A stretch of 55,852 nucleotides of DNA, taken from an uncultured virus (IMG/VR IMGVR_UViG_3300016371_000006). Lineage: Duplodnaviria > Heunggongvirae > Uroviricota > Caudoviricetes. Location: the IMG/VR virus record IMGVR_UViG_3300016371_000006. The stretch is one strand, 5' to 3'. Within the stretch, counting starts at the first letter, position 1. Each line of letters opens with the position of its first letter. The notes under the pieces were generated by a model. That model did no database searches. It was not told the origin of the DNA and saw nothing but the letters and a program-made list of their open reading frames with translations. This document shows positions 16,345 through 26,300 of this stretch, one piece after another. Position numbers and translations under genes: made by a program.

Positions 16345-17796
16345 ATGAACATGACCGAGATTCAAGAACGGCGGGACCTCATGGTGCCGCCCGCGGGCGG
16401 CCTCGAGGACTTCCTCGACCAGTTGCTCAAGCGGCGCGAGTCCACTGCCGAGAATCGCGCCCGCTCCCAGCAGAAGGCCGAAGCCGTACTCCTGCTGGCC
16501 CGCGAGCAGGGCCGCGAGAAGCTGGAGCTCGAGGAGGACGCCGAGTACCGCAAGTACATGGGCGACATGCGGACCCAGGGCGCCGAGGTCATCGGCCTCG
16601 ACGAGAGGATCAACGAGATCCGCGCCGAGGTGGAACGTTCCGGGCAGATCGCCAAGAACCTGGCCGGCATCCGCAAGGCCAAGGACGCCCGCATCCAGGT
16701 CAAGGAGCAGCTGACCTACCAGAAGGGCGACCGGCGCAGCAGCTACGTCACCGACCTCGTGAAGATGACGTGCAACCTCGACGGCGACGGCGAAGCCCGT
16801 GGCCGGCTGATGCGCCACGCCCAAGACGTGGCCAGCGATGACTCCTTCAAGGAGTACCGTGACATCAGCCGGGTCGACGGCCAGGGCGGCTACGCTGTTC
16901 CGCCGGCGTGGCTGATGGACCAGTACATCGAATTGGCCCGTCCCGGTAGGGCTTTCGCCAACCTGGTGCAACGCCAGGCATTGCCCGGCGGAACGGACAG
17001 CATCAACATTCCAAAGTTGTTGACTGGTACCGCAGTTGGCGTACAGACCGCCGACAACACCGCTATCGCCAAGGTCGATTTGACCGACACCTTCATCAAC
17101 GCTCCAGTGCGGACAATCGCTGGCGCGCAAGGGGTTTCGATCCAGTTGATCGACCAGAGCCCGATCGCTTTCGACGATGTGGTGTTCCGCGACCTGGTGG
17201 CCGCGCACGCCGCGTCGACCGACACCCAGGTGCTTGCCGGTTCGGGCACCGGCGGTCAGGTTTTGGGCGTCAACAACACGCCGGGAATCCTCACGGTGGC
17301 CGCGAGCGCCGTGACGATTCAGGGCGTGTACTCGGCGATCGCCAACGCGATCCAGCTGGTCCACACCCAGCGCTTCCTGCCACCCGAGGTGATCGTCATG
17401 CACCCGGTCCGGTGGGGCTGGTTCCTGAGCCTGCTGGACAACCAGGAGCGCCCGCTGTTCCTGCCAGCGGCGAACTCCCCGATGAACGTCGGCGGTGTGC
17501 TGAGCGACGTGGCAAGCCAGCAGGTGGTGGGACAGATGCACGGTCTGCCGGTCGTGACCGATCCGAACATCACCACCACCGCCGGTGGGTCGCCAGGCAA
17601 TCAAGATTTAATTTATGTTTTGCGAGCCAGCGATCTAGTTCTATGGGAATCCGGCATCCGCGCCCGCGTGCTGCCGGAAACACTGGCCACGAACCTCACG
17701 GTGCTGTTGCAGATTTACAACTACCTGGCCTTTTCCGCAGGTCGTTACCCGCAGTCAGTGGTCGAGATCACGGGCCTCACGGCTCCGACCTTCTGA
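16345..17796 (+). CDS. Major capsid protein (HK97 fold with N-terminal delta domain)
   Basis: Coiled-coil N-terminus, GGYAVPP, DTQVLAGSG, VMHP..W..L, GLPVVTDP. Confidence 0.92.
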   Translation: MNMTEIQERRDLMVPPAGGLEDFLDQLLKRRESTAENRARSQQKAEAVLLLAREQGREKLELEEDAEYRKYMGDMRTQGAEVIGLDERINEIRAEVERSGQIAKNLAGIRKAKDARIQVKEQLTYQKGDRRSSYVTDLVKMTCNLDGDGEARGRLMRHAQDVASDDSFKEYRDISRVDGQGGYAVPPAWLMDQYIELARPGRAFANLVQRQALPGGTDSINIPKLLTGTAVGVQTADNTAIAKVDLTDTFINAPVRTIAGAQGVSIQLIDQSPIAFDDVVFRDLVAAHAASTDTQVLAGSGTGGQVLGVNNTPGILTVAASAVTIQGVYSAIANAIQLVHTQRFLPPEVIVMHPVRWGWFLSLLDNQERPLFLPAANSPMNVGGVLSDVASQQVVGQMHGLPVVTDPNITTTAGGSPGNQDLIYVLRASDLVLWESGIRARVLPETLATNLTVLLQIYNYLAFSAGRYPQSVVEITGLTAPTF

Positions 17797-17808
17797 TCCA
17801 GCAAAGGC

Positions 17809-17836
17809 GAAGCCCCCGGTTTACACCGGGGGCTTC
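17809..17836 (+). terminator. Hairpin terminator after capsid
   Basis: GAAGCCCCCGGT-TTAC-ACCGGGGGCTTC 12-bp stem. Confidence 0.7.
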
Positions 17837-17837
17837 C

Positions 17838-17930
17838 CCTTGCCAAACCCAGCCGAGCCGTGCCATGCCTAGCCGTGCCCTACCAGGCCGCGCCTCGCCG
17901 AACCTTGCCGTAACCGCCTTACCGTACCCC
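17838..17930 (-). repeat. Degenerate pentamer (GGNNN on minus strand) tandem repeat
   Basis: ccttg ccaaa cccag ccgag ccgtg ccatg cctag ccgtg ... Confidence 0.75.
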
Positions 17931-17981
17931 GCTGCGGCGCGCCGCGCGGATGATCGGCCCGCTCGCACATATCCTGCCGTC

Positions 17982-18488
17982 ATGGCTGTAGGTCGTGAAT
18001 CCAAGGCGGTCGCCCCCAGGGAGGTGGAGATCGTCGCGGGCAAGGCCGGCCGGATCTCACCACCACCGGAGGGCGGTCTCTATGTGCGTGACGTCGAGGC
18101 GGCGCGGGCCCGCGCCCTACTGGAACGGGTCAAGGCGTTCGAGGAAGCCGACGAGGAGGTGCCCGAGGGGCTGGCGGCGCTGGCCGCCGAGTGCGAGGTC
18201 AGCGATGACGACGAGTTGATCGACCTGGTGGACGCGATGACCGGCGAGCTGCTCGCCGAGGCCGACGTCGTCGAGATCGACGACGACGGGCCCACCGAGG
18301 AACAGGTCGCCGACGAGGAAGAACCCGAGGCCGAGCCCGAGCCCGAGCCCCAGGCCGAGGTGTTCGACGTGGAGTCGCTGACGGTGGCCGAGCTGCGCAC
18401 CGAGCTGGACAGCCTGGGCATCGAACACACCCATGAGGACCGCAAGGCCGACCTGCAAGAGAAGCTCCGCGATGCGCTAGAGGGGTAG
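17982..18488 (+). CDS. Acidic protein with C-terminal HeH/LEM/Rho-N-like domain
   Basis: LTVAELRTELDSLGI....RKADLQEKL; TATCCT -10 just before the ATG (possibly leaderless). Confidence 0.7.
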   Translation: MAVGRESKAVAPREVEIVAGKAGRISPPPEGGLYVRDVEAARARALLERVKAFEEADEEVPEGLAALAAECEVSDDDELIDLVDAMTGELLAEADVVEIDDDGPTEEQVADEEEPEAEPEPEPQAEVFDVESLTVAELRTELDSLGIEHTHEDRKADLQEKLRDALEG

Positions 18489-18490
18489 CC

Positions 18491-19108
18491 GTGACCGTTC
18501 CCCAGCCGCCCGACCTGCTCGACCCCGCCGACCCGGATTGGCTGAAGTTCCAGAACCAGGACCCGGACTGGTTCCTGCATGTCGCCGGCGAGGCGATCCG
18601 CGTCTACTGCGGCTGGCACATCTACCCCAACCTGGCGCTGACCATCCCCAACCTGCCGATCCAGTCCAAGGGCATCATCCAGGTGCCCTCGACGTTTGTC
18701 ACCGACGTGGCGTCGGTGACCATCCAGGACCCCAACGGGGAGAACCCGTGGCTGCTGGACCCGACGCAGTACACCTGGTTCGACTACGGGGTGATCGAGC
18801 CGACCTCCGTGCAGCAGTGGACGCAGTACGCCGGTTACTACTACGGTCCCGACAACTGGTCGTTCCTGCCGATATACCAGTTCGGGTATGCGACGGTGGC
18901 GTGCAACAGCGGCTTCCCCGAGGTGCCGACCCCGGTCAAGGAGGTCGCCTACGAGCTGACCACCACCACCACCGAGGTGTCGGCCGGCAACGTCAAGGAG
19001 ATCCAGACCCCGGGATTTAGGCTGTCGCTGATGCAGGCCTACGGCGCCACGCTGTCCGCCGACCAGAAGAACCGGCTCTCGCCGTACCGGCTGCCCACGG
19101 TGATCTGA
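18491..19108 (+). CDS. Head-to-tail adaptor
   Basis: AIRVYCGWHI, GFPEVP, LSPYRL motifs; position. Confidence 0.8.
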   Translation: MTVPQPPDLLDPADPDWLKFQNQDPDWFLHVAGEAIRVYCGWHIYPNLALTIPNLPIQSKGIIQVPSTFVTDVASVTIQDPNGENPWLLDPTQYTWFDYGVIEPTSVQQWTQYAGYYYGPDNWSFLPIYQFGYATVACNSGFPEVPTPVKEVAYELTTTTTEVSAGNVKEIQTPGFRLSLMQAYGATLSADQKNRLSPYRLPTVI

Positions 19109-19569
19109 TGCCCACCAAACCGTGGGTGAGCCGCCCGTTCACCACCACGCCCTGGCAGTGCGTGCACATCGCCCGCTGGGAGGACGCCACCCAGCTCGAC
19201 GAGCACCAGAACTACGTGGTGGTGGAGGACCCTCCGGTGGTCCGCGACTTCTACGACATCTCCCAGTTCGGCCGGCGCGGCTCCAGCCACCTGGTGATGG
19301 GCGCGGAGTTCCAGGAACGCGCCGAGACGATCCTGCACATGAGCGTGCCCGACCCGACGCTGTATCAGGCGGGCGATCAGATCATCCTGTTCGCCGACCT
19401 GCCGAAGGACGCCGACGGCAACTACTACTACGAGCCCACCACCGCCGACGGGTCGCCCAACGGCATCGCCTACTTCGTCGACGGCGACCCGGCCGAGGAC
19501 CGGATGTCACCGTGGCCGCGGCTGACCATGCAGTTCGGCGGCATCGTCAAGATCAGGAGGGTGACATGA
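19108..19569 (+). CDS. Head-to-tail stopper
   Basis: Position; YFVDGDP and C-terminal VKIRRVT. Confidence 0.65.
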   Translation: MPTKPWVSRPFTTTPWQCVHIARWEDATQLDEHQNYVVVEDPPVVRDFYDISQFGRRGSSHLVMGAEFQERAETILHMSVPDPTLYQAGDQIILFADLPKDADGNYYYEPTTADGSPNGIAYFVDGDPAEDRMSPWPRLTMQFGGIVKIRRVT

Positions 19570-20207
19570 CCGAGCCGCGGCTGTTCGGCGATTTGCCCAG
19601 CTGGGGCGGCGACGCCGAGAAAGCCTTCTTCACCGCCGAGGGCGCCGAGATCGTCCTGGAACACGAGGGCGAGCTGGTGCTCGAACGGCGCTCCGATGAG
19701 TCCATGCCGATCTCGTGGGACCTGGGCGGGGGCATCGTGCTGCAGATCAACCCCGATTACTTCCGGATGATCATGCACAGCCCGGAGATCACCGCGATGG
19801 TCGACCAGCGCTGCGAGGAGATCGCGAACGAAGCCAATGCGGCGGCCATCACGAAGGGCGCGATCTACGTCTACCAGGTGTCCAACAACACCGAGAACAT
19901 CCGCGCCCGCGGCCGGGTGAAGCCCGGCAATGCGGCCGCCCGCGTCGACGACGACCTGAACGCCACCCTGCTCAAGGCGCTGGCCACGGTCGGTTCCGAC
20001 CCGCTGCCGGCGCAGTACGAGGGCAACGAGGCCTACGAACGCTACCTGGGCGAGCACGACGAGTTCCACTCGGTGTACGCGATGGAGGGAGCCGAGGTGC
20101 CCGAGCACCTGGAGATTCAGGACTTGGCCGCCGTCGACGAGCAGGCCGCCCGGGGCGGCAACTACTTCGGCGCGGCCTCGCTGGATCCGGGCGACGCCGA
20201 GATATGA
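19566..20207 (+). CDS. Neck/tail-completion-type protein
   Basis: Position; central motif IMHSPEI...RARGRV..NAAAR...TLLKAL. Confidence 0.55.
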   Translation: MTEPRLFGDLPSWGGDAEKAFFTAEGAEIVLEHEGELVLERRSDESMPISWDLGGGIVLQINPDYFRMIMHSPEITAMVDQRCEEIANEANAAAITKGAIYVYQVSNNTENIRARGRVKPGNAAARVDDDLNATLLKALATVGSDPLPAQYEGNEAYERYLGEHDEFHSVYAMEGAEVPEHLEIQDLAAVDEQAARGGNYFGAASLDPGDAEI

Positions 20208-20800
20208 GCACCCCGGTTTCCCCCAGCCAGGTCCGCACCTACCAGACGGTGCGGCCACCACCGACCGAGCTGGTCGCCCTGGCGTACTTCACCCCGCTCA
20301 TCGCGCCCACGCCGTGCGGCACCCGGGTGCCCAAGCCGTCCAACACCGCCGACACCATCAACGGGTTCCTGCGGGTGGAGGCCGGCGGCGGCGTGCTGCG
20401 CAGCGACGGCATCCTGTGGGACGTGTCCTGCATCCTGCACGCCTACGCCAACAACACCGACGAGGCGATGGCCGAGCAGCTCGGCGAGGAGGCCGTCGCG
20501 TGGGGCGCCAACTTCACCGGCAGCTCCGTGAAGATGCCCAACGGCGACGTCTGGTACTGCACCTACGCGCGGTGCTCCGGATGGAACCAGCGCAAGGGCG
20601 ACCCGCTGGTCCCGATGACCCGGTATCGCAGCATGGTCACCTGGCGCATGCCCGGCCTGCCGATCATCCCCGGCCAGCGGTTCAAGCGAATCGTCACGCC
20701 CGAGCAGATCACCGCCCAGAACGTGGTCGCGCAGGGAGCCGCGGCACCGCCCGGCCCGCTGCCGCACAACCCGCCGCGGCCCAGCCGCAGGCGCTCATGA
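20204..20800 (+). CDS. Tail terminator
   Basis: GTRVP, FLRVEAGGG, ILHAYA, DP....RY; position. Confidence 0.7.
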   Translation: MSTPVSPSQVRTYQTVRPPPTELVALAYFTPLIAPTPCGTRVPKPSNTADTINGFLRVEAGGGVLRSDGILWDVSCILHAYANNTDEAMAEQLGEEAVAWGANFTGSSVKMPNGDVWYCTYARCSGWNQRKGDPLVPMTRYRSMVTWRMPGLPIIPGQRFKRIVTPEQITAQNVVAQGAAAPPGPLPHNPPRPSRRRS

Positions 20801-21204
20801 CGCCAGCGGTAGTCCTGGACCTCGACGGCACGCTGCGGGACTGGGACGGCTCGGTGATCGGCAAGGGCCTGGCGTTCGCGCAGAAGCACCACCAGCTCGG
20901 CCACGCGATCGCGATCGTGAGCCTGAGCCCCGCGTCCGACGTGCAGTCCTGGCTGGACGCCAGCTTCCCACTGCCGATCCTGGGCCCGTTCTGCCGGCCG
21001 CCGGGGGATCGCCGCGGCGCGGCGCTGTTCAAGTACGACGTGGCGTGTCAGCTGCTCAAGAACGGCGTCAACGTGATCGGCGCGGCCGACGACGACCCGC
21101 AGGTGCTGTGGATGTGGCAGCGCTGGGCGAGGTGGTACAACCGCGTCAACCTCAGCCCCTCAGAGTTCGACCTGCTCAAGGTGACGTTCTCCCGTAGGCG
21201 ATGA
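20797..21204 (+). CDS. HAD-family phosphatase (Pnkp 3'-phosphatase-like)
   Basis: VVLDLDGTL (DxDGT), FK, AADDDP..L.MW. Confidence 0.7.
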   Translation: MTPAVVLDLDGTLRDWDGSVIGKGLAFAQKHHQLGHAIAIVSLSPASDVQSWLDASFPLPILGPFCRPPGDRRGAALFKYDVACQLLKNGVNVIGAADDDPQVLWMWQRWARWYNRVNLSPSEFDLLKVTFSRRR

Positions 21205-21219
21205 CACCGGGGCGTTTCG

Positions 21220-21639
21220 TCACTGTGACGAAAGTCGGTGTCCGCGCGTGGACACCCGCAGCTCGAGGTGGTCGGGGCGCACGCACAGCCGGTTCCCGCA
21301 CGTCTGGATCACCCGGGCCTTGAGCGGGATCGGCCCGAACTCGCGTTCCCAGGCGTAGCGGTGCACGTAGATGAACCGGTGCCCCACGACCAGCGCACCG
21401 AAGCCGCTGGGTTTGTGGACGTAGCCGGTCCAGACGTAGCAGGGACCGGGACCGAGGCGCACCCTGTTGACGAACCGTTCCTCCAGGGTGGATTTGCGGC
21501 CGATGCGCCCGACAGGTCCGGCGGTACCGTATTTCAGCCAGCGCTTGTAGTGCATCCAGCACATGCCGCGGCGCGCCGGCGCATACGGGCATCCCTCGAC
21601 GCTGCACCGCGGTTCGCTGACCTGCACGGTAATAGACAA
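21220..21639 (-). CDS. HNH-like (His-Cys Zn loop) protein
   Basis: CSVEGC...RGMC.MHY.RW, C.VWTG, VHRYAW, TCGNRLCVRPDHLE. Confidence 0.8.
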   Translation of the reverse strand: MSITVQVSEPRCSVEGCPYAPARRGMCWMHYKRWLKYGTAGPVGRIGRKSTLEERFVNRVRLGPGPCYVWTGYVHKPSGFGALVVGHRFIYVHRYAWEREFGPIPLKARVIQTCGNRLCVRPDHLELRVSTRGHRLSSQ

Positions 21640-21757
21640 GTCTCCATTGGCAATCTAGGTCGGGATTTTCGCGGCGTGTCGCGCCTGACCACGGAAAACA
21701 TGGTGTGACTCTCCTGCTCGTCATCACCCGATCTATCCATCGAGCAGGAGGAATCCG

Positions 21758-22357
21758 ATGACGACCGTTTTGCCCCCACTCCTGGAAGCGGAAGTCCAGG
21801 AAGTTGTCGCCCCGTATCCCAAGGTGACCGGCGGTGTCCTGACAGCCCCACTGGGCACCACGCTGCCCACCGACGCGACCAGCGCCCTGGACCCGGCGTT
21901 CATCACGCTCGGCCGGGTGAGTGTCGAAGGTGTGGACCGCACCGAGGAGCGCCCCAACACCGAGGTCAACGACTGGGGTGGTGACCTGATCGCCATCCTG
22001 CAGGACAAGTACGGCTTGACGATCAAGTTCAAGCTCATGCAGATGATGAACGCCGACGTGCAGCGCGCCGCCCACGGTGCCGCCAACGTGACGGTGACCC
22101 CGCCGACGTCGACAAGCGGCACGCTGATCAGCGCCAAGCTGAACCGCGAGCTGCTGCCGTACCAGAGCTGGGTGATCGACGCCTACTACCTGCAGATGAA
22201 CATGCGCCTGGTGATCCCGACCGGCCGTATCACCCTGGTGGGCCCGCTGAAGTGGGTGCACAAGGAGCTGGCGATGTTCGACCTGACGCTGCGGCCGTTC
22301 CCCGACGGCTACAACAACCACGCGTATGAGTACTGGGACGACGGGCAACCGCTGTGA
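21758..22357 (+). CDS. Major tail protein
   Basis: TGGVLTAPLGT.LPTDA...LDPAF..LG.VS..GV, DWGGD; AGGAGG RBS. Confidence 0.9.
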   Translation: MTTVLPPLLEAEVQEVVAPYPKVTGGVLTAPLGTTLPTDATSALDPAFITLGRVSVEGVDRTEERPNTEVNDWGGDLIAILQDKYGLTIKFKLMQMMNADVQRAAHGAANVTVTPPTSTSGTLISAKLNRELLPYQSWVIDAYYLQMNMRLVIPTGRITLVGPLKWVHKELAMFDLTLRPFPDGYNNHAYEYWDDGQPL

Positions 22358-22899
22358 CCGCAGTAGCCAAGCGCAAGTCTGTGCCCCGTAAGGGCACAGC
22401 ACCACGTCGGGCGGCGCCGCGGCGGGCCGGCACGAACGGTTCGGTACCGACCGGTTCGGCGATGTCCGGGGCGCCACCCGACGCGTCCGCGCCGGGAACG
22501 GCGAACCCGTTCGCGGCGGCGCCGCCGCAGGAATACATTCCGACGACGCAGCCCAAGCCGCCGCCGGTGAACCCGCCGGGCACCCCGGAGCATCCCTACG
22601 GGGAGTTCACCAAGGTGTACGTGTTCACCCCGACGAGGGGGTCCAAGGCCGGGGACGACCCGATCGTGTTCCCGCACATCACCACCATCCGGCCCTCGTA
22701 CAACTTCATGTGGAAGCTGCGCAAGGTGGACCAGGTCCAGCAGAGCTTCGAGTGGATGGACATGGCGGAGGTGCCTGATTCGATCCAGGAGCGGGTGACG
22801 CTGCTCTCCGACGACGATCAGGGCGAGTTCTTCATGGGGTGGTTCACCCCGGCTGTGAATCCGGCCAAGGAAGAAGTGGGGTTGCCGGGGGAATCCTAA
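22354..22899 (+). CDS. Tail assembly chaperone
   Basis: Between major tail and tape measure; ends LPGES at a slippery site. Confidence 0.85.
   Translation: MTAVAKRKSVPRKGTAPRRAAPRRAGTNGSVPTGSAMSGAPPDASAPGTANPFAAAPPQEYIPTTQPKPPPVNPPGTPEHPYGEFTKVYVFTPTRGSKAGDDPIVFPHITTIRPSYNFMWKLRKVDQVQQSFEWMDMAEVPDSIQERVTLLSDDDQGEFFMGWFTPAVNPAKEEVGLPGES
22887..22893 (+). other. -1 programmed frameshift site GGGGGAA
   Basis: G_GGG_GAA just before the chaperone stop; -1 frame open to 23303. Confidence 0.85.
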
Positions 22900-23303
22900 T
22901 GCTGGTGCGCGTGGTGGGCGAGTGCTGGCATGCCTTCCACTACGACGTGATGAGACTGGGCCGCGACGTGAACAGCCTGACGTTGGCGGAGATGATCACG
23001 GTCGTGGTGGGCGCCCCGCCCACCAGTAGTGTGCGGTATTTCCTGGACGGCGGCTGGTCGCGCGAGGCGCAGCTGTTGGCCAACATGCAGGAGCAGCAGG
23101 CCGGCATCGGCACGCTGTCCCAGCCCTATCCCCGTCCCGGCGTGGCGGCGCGGGAGGTCGATCCGATGGAGGGCGCGAAGTTCTTCCCGATGCAGGCCAT
23201 GAGCTGGGAGGAAGCCGACAAGCGCGATGCGGCGCGTTACGCCAGTAAGCCCAAGGGCCGCAGTCGCAGCCGGGTCTACTCGGCCACCGGGCTGGTCTCG
23301 TGA
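22893..23303 (+). CDS. Tail assembly chaperone frameshift extension
   Basis: [10 protein letters not shown]...PYPRPG motif; -1 frame relative to the chaperone. Confidence 0.8.
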   Translation: MLMLVRVVGECWHAFHYDVMRLGRDVNSLTLAEMITVVVGAPPTSSVRYFLDGGWSREAQLLANMQEQQAGIGTLSQPYPRPGVAAREVDPMEGAKFFPMQAMSWEEADKRDAARYASKPKGRSRSRVYSATGLVS

Positions 23304-26300
23304 GCGCGCCGGGCGCCGGGCAGGGCGTCTCCTGGGTTGACGTCGCCGCGTCGGCCGCCGGCATCTACTCACAGATGCAGGCGATCGGCGCGCAGGCCGC
23401 GTCGGGCCTGGCGCAGGGCATGGCGTCGTCGCTGCCGTCGGCGCTGACCCCGGTCATCAAGGGCGCGATGGCGGCCGCGGTGGAGGCCGGCTCGATTCGG
23501 GGCCTGCTGGGCCGCTCGCTGGAGGAGAGCCTGACCGCCGACGTGCAGCGCACGCTGGGCAAGGTCGGCCCGGCGCTGCGCGCAGGTTTGCAGCGCGAGA
23601 TGCAGACCGCGTTCCAGGGCGCGATGGCGCTGCCGTCGGATGCGATCGCGGCCGACATCACCCGCTCGCTGTCCAAGGTGGGACCGGCGCTGCGGGCCTC
23701 GCTGAACAAGGAGATGCGGGAGGCGTTCGACGCCGCCCAGGCCGAGACCGTCGGTGAGCAGTGGGGCCGCACCGTCATGCGCGGCGCCTCGCGGGGCATC
23801 GGCGACATCCGCCAGACCATCGCCCAGCAGTTCTTCAATATCCCGACCATGCAGGCCGCCGCCGCCGGGGAGCGGATGGGCGAGGCCATCAAGGGCGGCA
23901 TCCGCACCACCATGAGCGAGTTGTGGTCCACCGGCGGGATGCAGGCCATCATGGCGCGCGGGCTGACCGATCAGCTGGCCAACGCCTACCGGGAAGCCAC
24001 CGCCGCCGCCAATGCGACCTTGCTCTCCGAGGGCGAACGCGCCGCGATGAGCTATGCGGGCGGGTTCGTGCCCACCATCAAGCAGATCCTGTCGGCAGAA
24101 GCCTTTCGGGGGATGCTCGCCAGCGGGAAAACCGCAGGGTTCGAGGAGGTCGGCGCCGCAGCGGCGCAGTCAATGGGCTCGGGCTTCGACCGGGCGTTTT
24201 TGCCGTTGGTGCAGAAGTTCACCCCGGCATCGCTGCGTCCGGCGGTCGCGCGATTCTTCGGCCAGACCGGCGCCGAGGCCGCCGAGATGTTCAGCCTCAA
24301 CGCCTCGGAAAGGATGCTTCAAGGCTCCAGAGACCTGCAGAACATCACCGCCCAGATGGGCGGCAAGATGCTCTCCGGCTGGAAGACGTTCTCGGACCAG
24401 AGCGCGCAGGCCGCCGGCGAGGCCGCCAAGGGGATGTCGCTGGCGATGAAGTCGGGCATCGCCGCGGGCATCGCGCTGGCCGTCGATATCGCGGTGTCCT
24501 CGATCCACAACTTCGTCAAGCTGGTCAACACCGAGTTTCAGGCGTTCGAGAAGGTCGGTAAGGACGCCGGCAACGCCCTGATGGGCGGCTTCACCAGCGT
24601 CGTCGAGGGCAAGATGCCCAACATTCAGCAGATGATCGGGGCCGGGCTGGAGGGTATCCAGACCGCGGTTCAGATGCCGCTGAACGCCGTCAACTCCTAC
24701 CTGGACTCCACCATCGGGAAGATCCCGATCCTGGGCGGGATGATCACCTCGGTCACCGGGGAGATTTCGGGCGTGCTGGGCCAGGTGTTCTCCGCGATCC
24801 AGGACTACACGTCGATCGCCGGGCAGTTCGGCGAGGCGATCCTCGACATCGGTAACAAGTGGCAGCAGGCGGCCCGCACCATCTCCGGCCAGACGCTGGG
24901 CCTCGAGCACCTGTCCGAGTACCTGACCATCGTGCAGGACATCGCCGCCTCCGGTGATCTGGTGCACTTCAAGGACGTCGCCAATGTGGTGGGCGAGCTC
25001 TCTCAGCGGCTGTCGGTCCTCAATGACGGCGCCGGGCTGACCAACGCCCAGCTGAAGGAGTTGGCGACCACGCTGGCCGAGGGCAACGAGCTCCTGGGCG
25101 ACACCAAGATCAACGTCGACAACTTCAGCGCCGCGCTCACCTCGTTCAACATCCCCGCCGAGAAGGCGAACGACGAGCTCACGATGATGATCAACCTGGA
25201 GCGGATGACCGGGATCGCCATCAACGACCTCACCCACGACCTGGACGCCACCTCGATCGCGTGGAACGACATGGGCTACAACATGGACCAGGCCGCCTTC
25301 ATCATGGGCAAGATCCAGCAGATCCTCGGACAGCCTGCGCTGCAACGCTTCCCGTTCACCCTGGCGCACATGCAAGACGAGCTGGCCAAGACGGGGATGT
25401 CCTTGCAGGAAGTGGTGGACATCGTCCGCGACGCCGCCGACGAGAACACCGCCGAAAGATTTGTGCAATCCATCGGCCTGGCCACCTCACCCAAGGGCGC
25501 CGAGGTGCTGACCAAGTGGCTGCGCGACCTCAAGGAGATCCCCGCCACCGTCGACGAGGTCAACGCCGCGTTGGCGAAGGAGGGCGTCAAGCTGCACGAG
25601 CCGATCGACGAGGCGCTGCAGGCCACCAAGGACCTGGGCCAGGAGCTGGAGGTGCTCTCCCAGCAGGTGGTGGCCGCGCTGGCGCCGATGGGACTGGGGC
25701 TGGTGCGCGGCCTGACCGGTATCGGCGACAAGGTCAGCACCTGGTTGCAGACCCATCAGGTCGAGTTCATCGGCTTCGTCGGGACGATCGGGGAGAAGCT
25801 GCTGGACTGGGGCTCGCGGATCAGCCACTGGTTGGCGAAGATGCTGCGCGAGATGAGCGGGTTTGTCGAGTCCACCAAGGACGCGATCGTGCTGGCGATG
25901 ATGGCGGCCGATGCCGCGCTCATCACGTTCACCGCGCAACTGGCGCTGTTCGTCCCCGGGCTGGGCGAGGTCACCAAGGGCGCGGTGCACGCGATGGGCG
26001 CGTTGAAGTCCATGCTCGACCTCGATGTCGGCGGCTGGATGCGCAGCGGCGCCGAGGGACTCGACGAGCTGGGCGACGGGATCGCGAGCCTGGAGCCCAA
26101 GCTGGCCGCCCTGACCACGATGGCCCAGGGCGCGCGGGCGATGTGGCAGGCCACCCGCGCCACCTTCGGGGCGCCGATCAACATGCCCGGCACCGAGGAT
26201 CCCTTCAAGGATTGGCGCGGCACCATCCAACGCGACGCCCCCAAGTTGCAGCAGGCGATCTCCGGCAGCCTCGAGGGTGGGATGAAGATCGACCCGGCGG

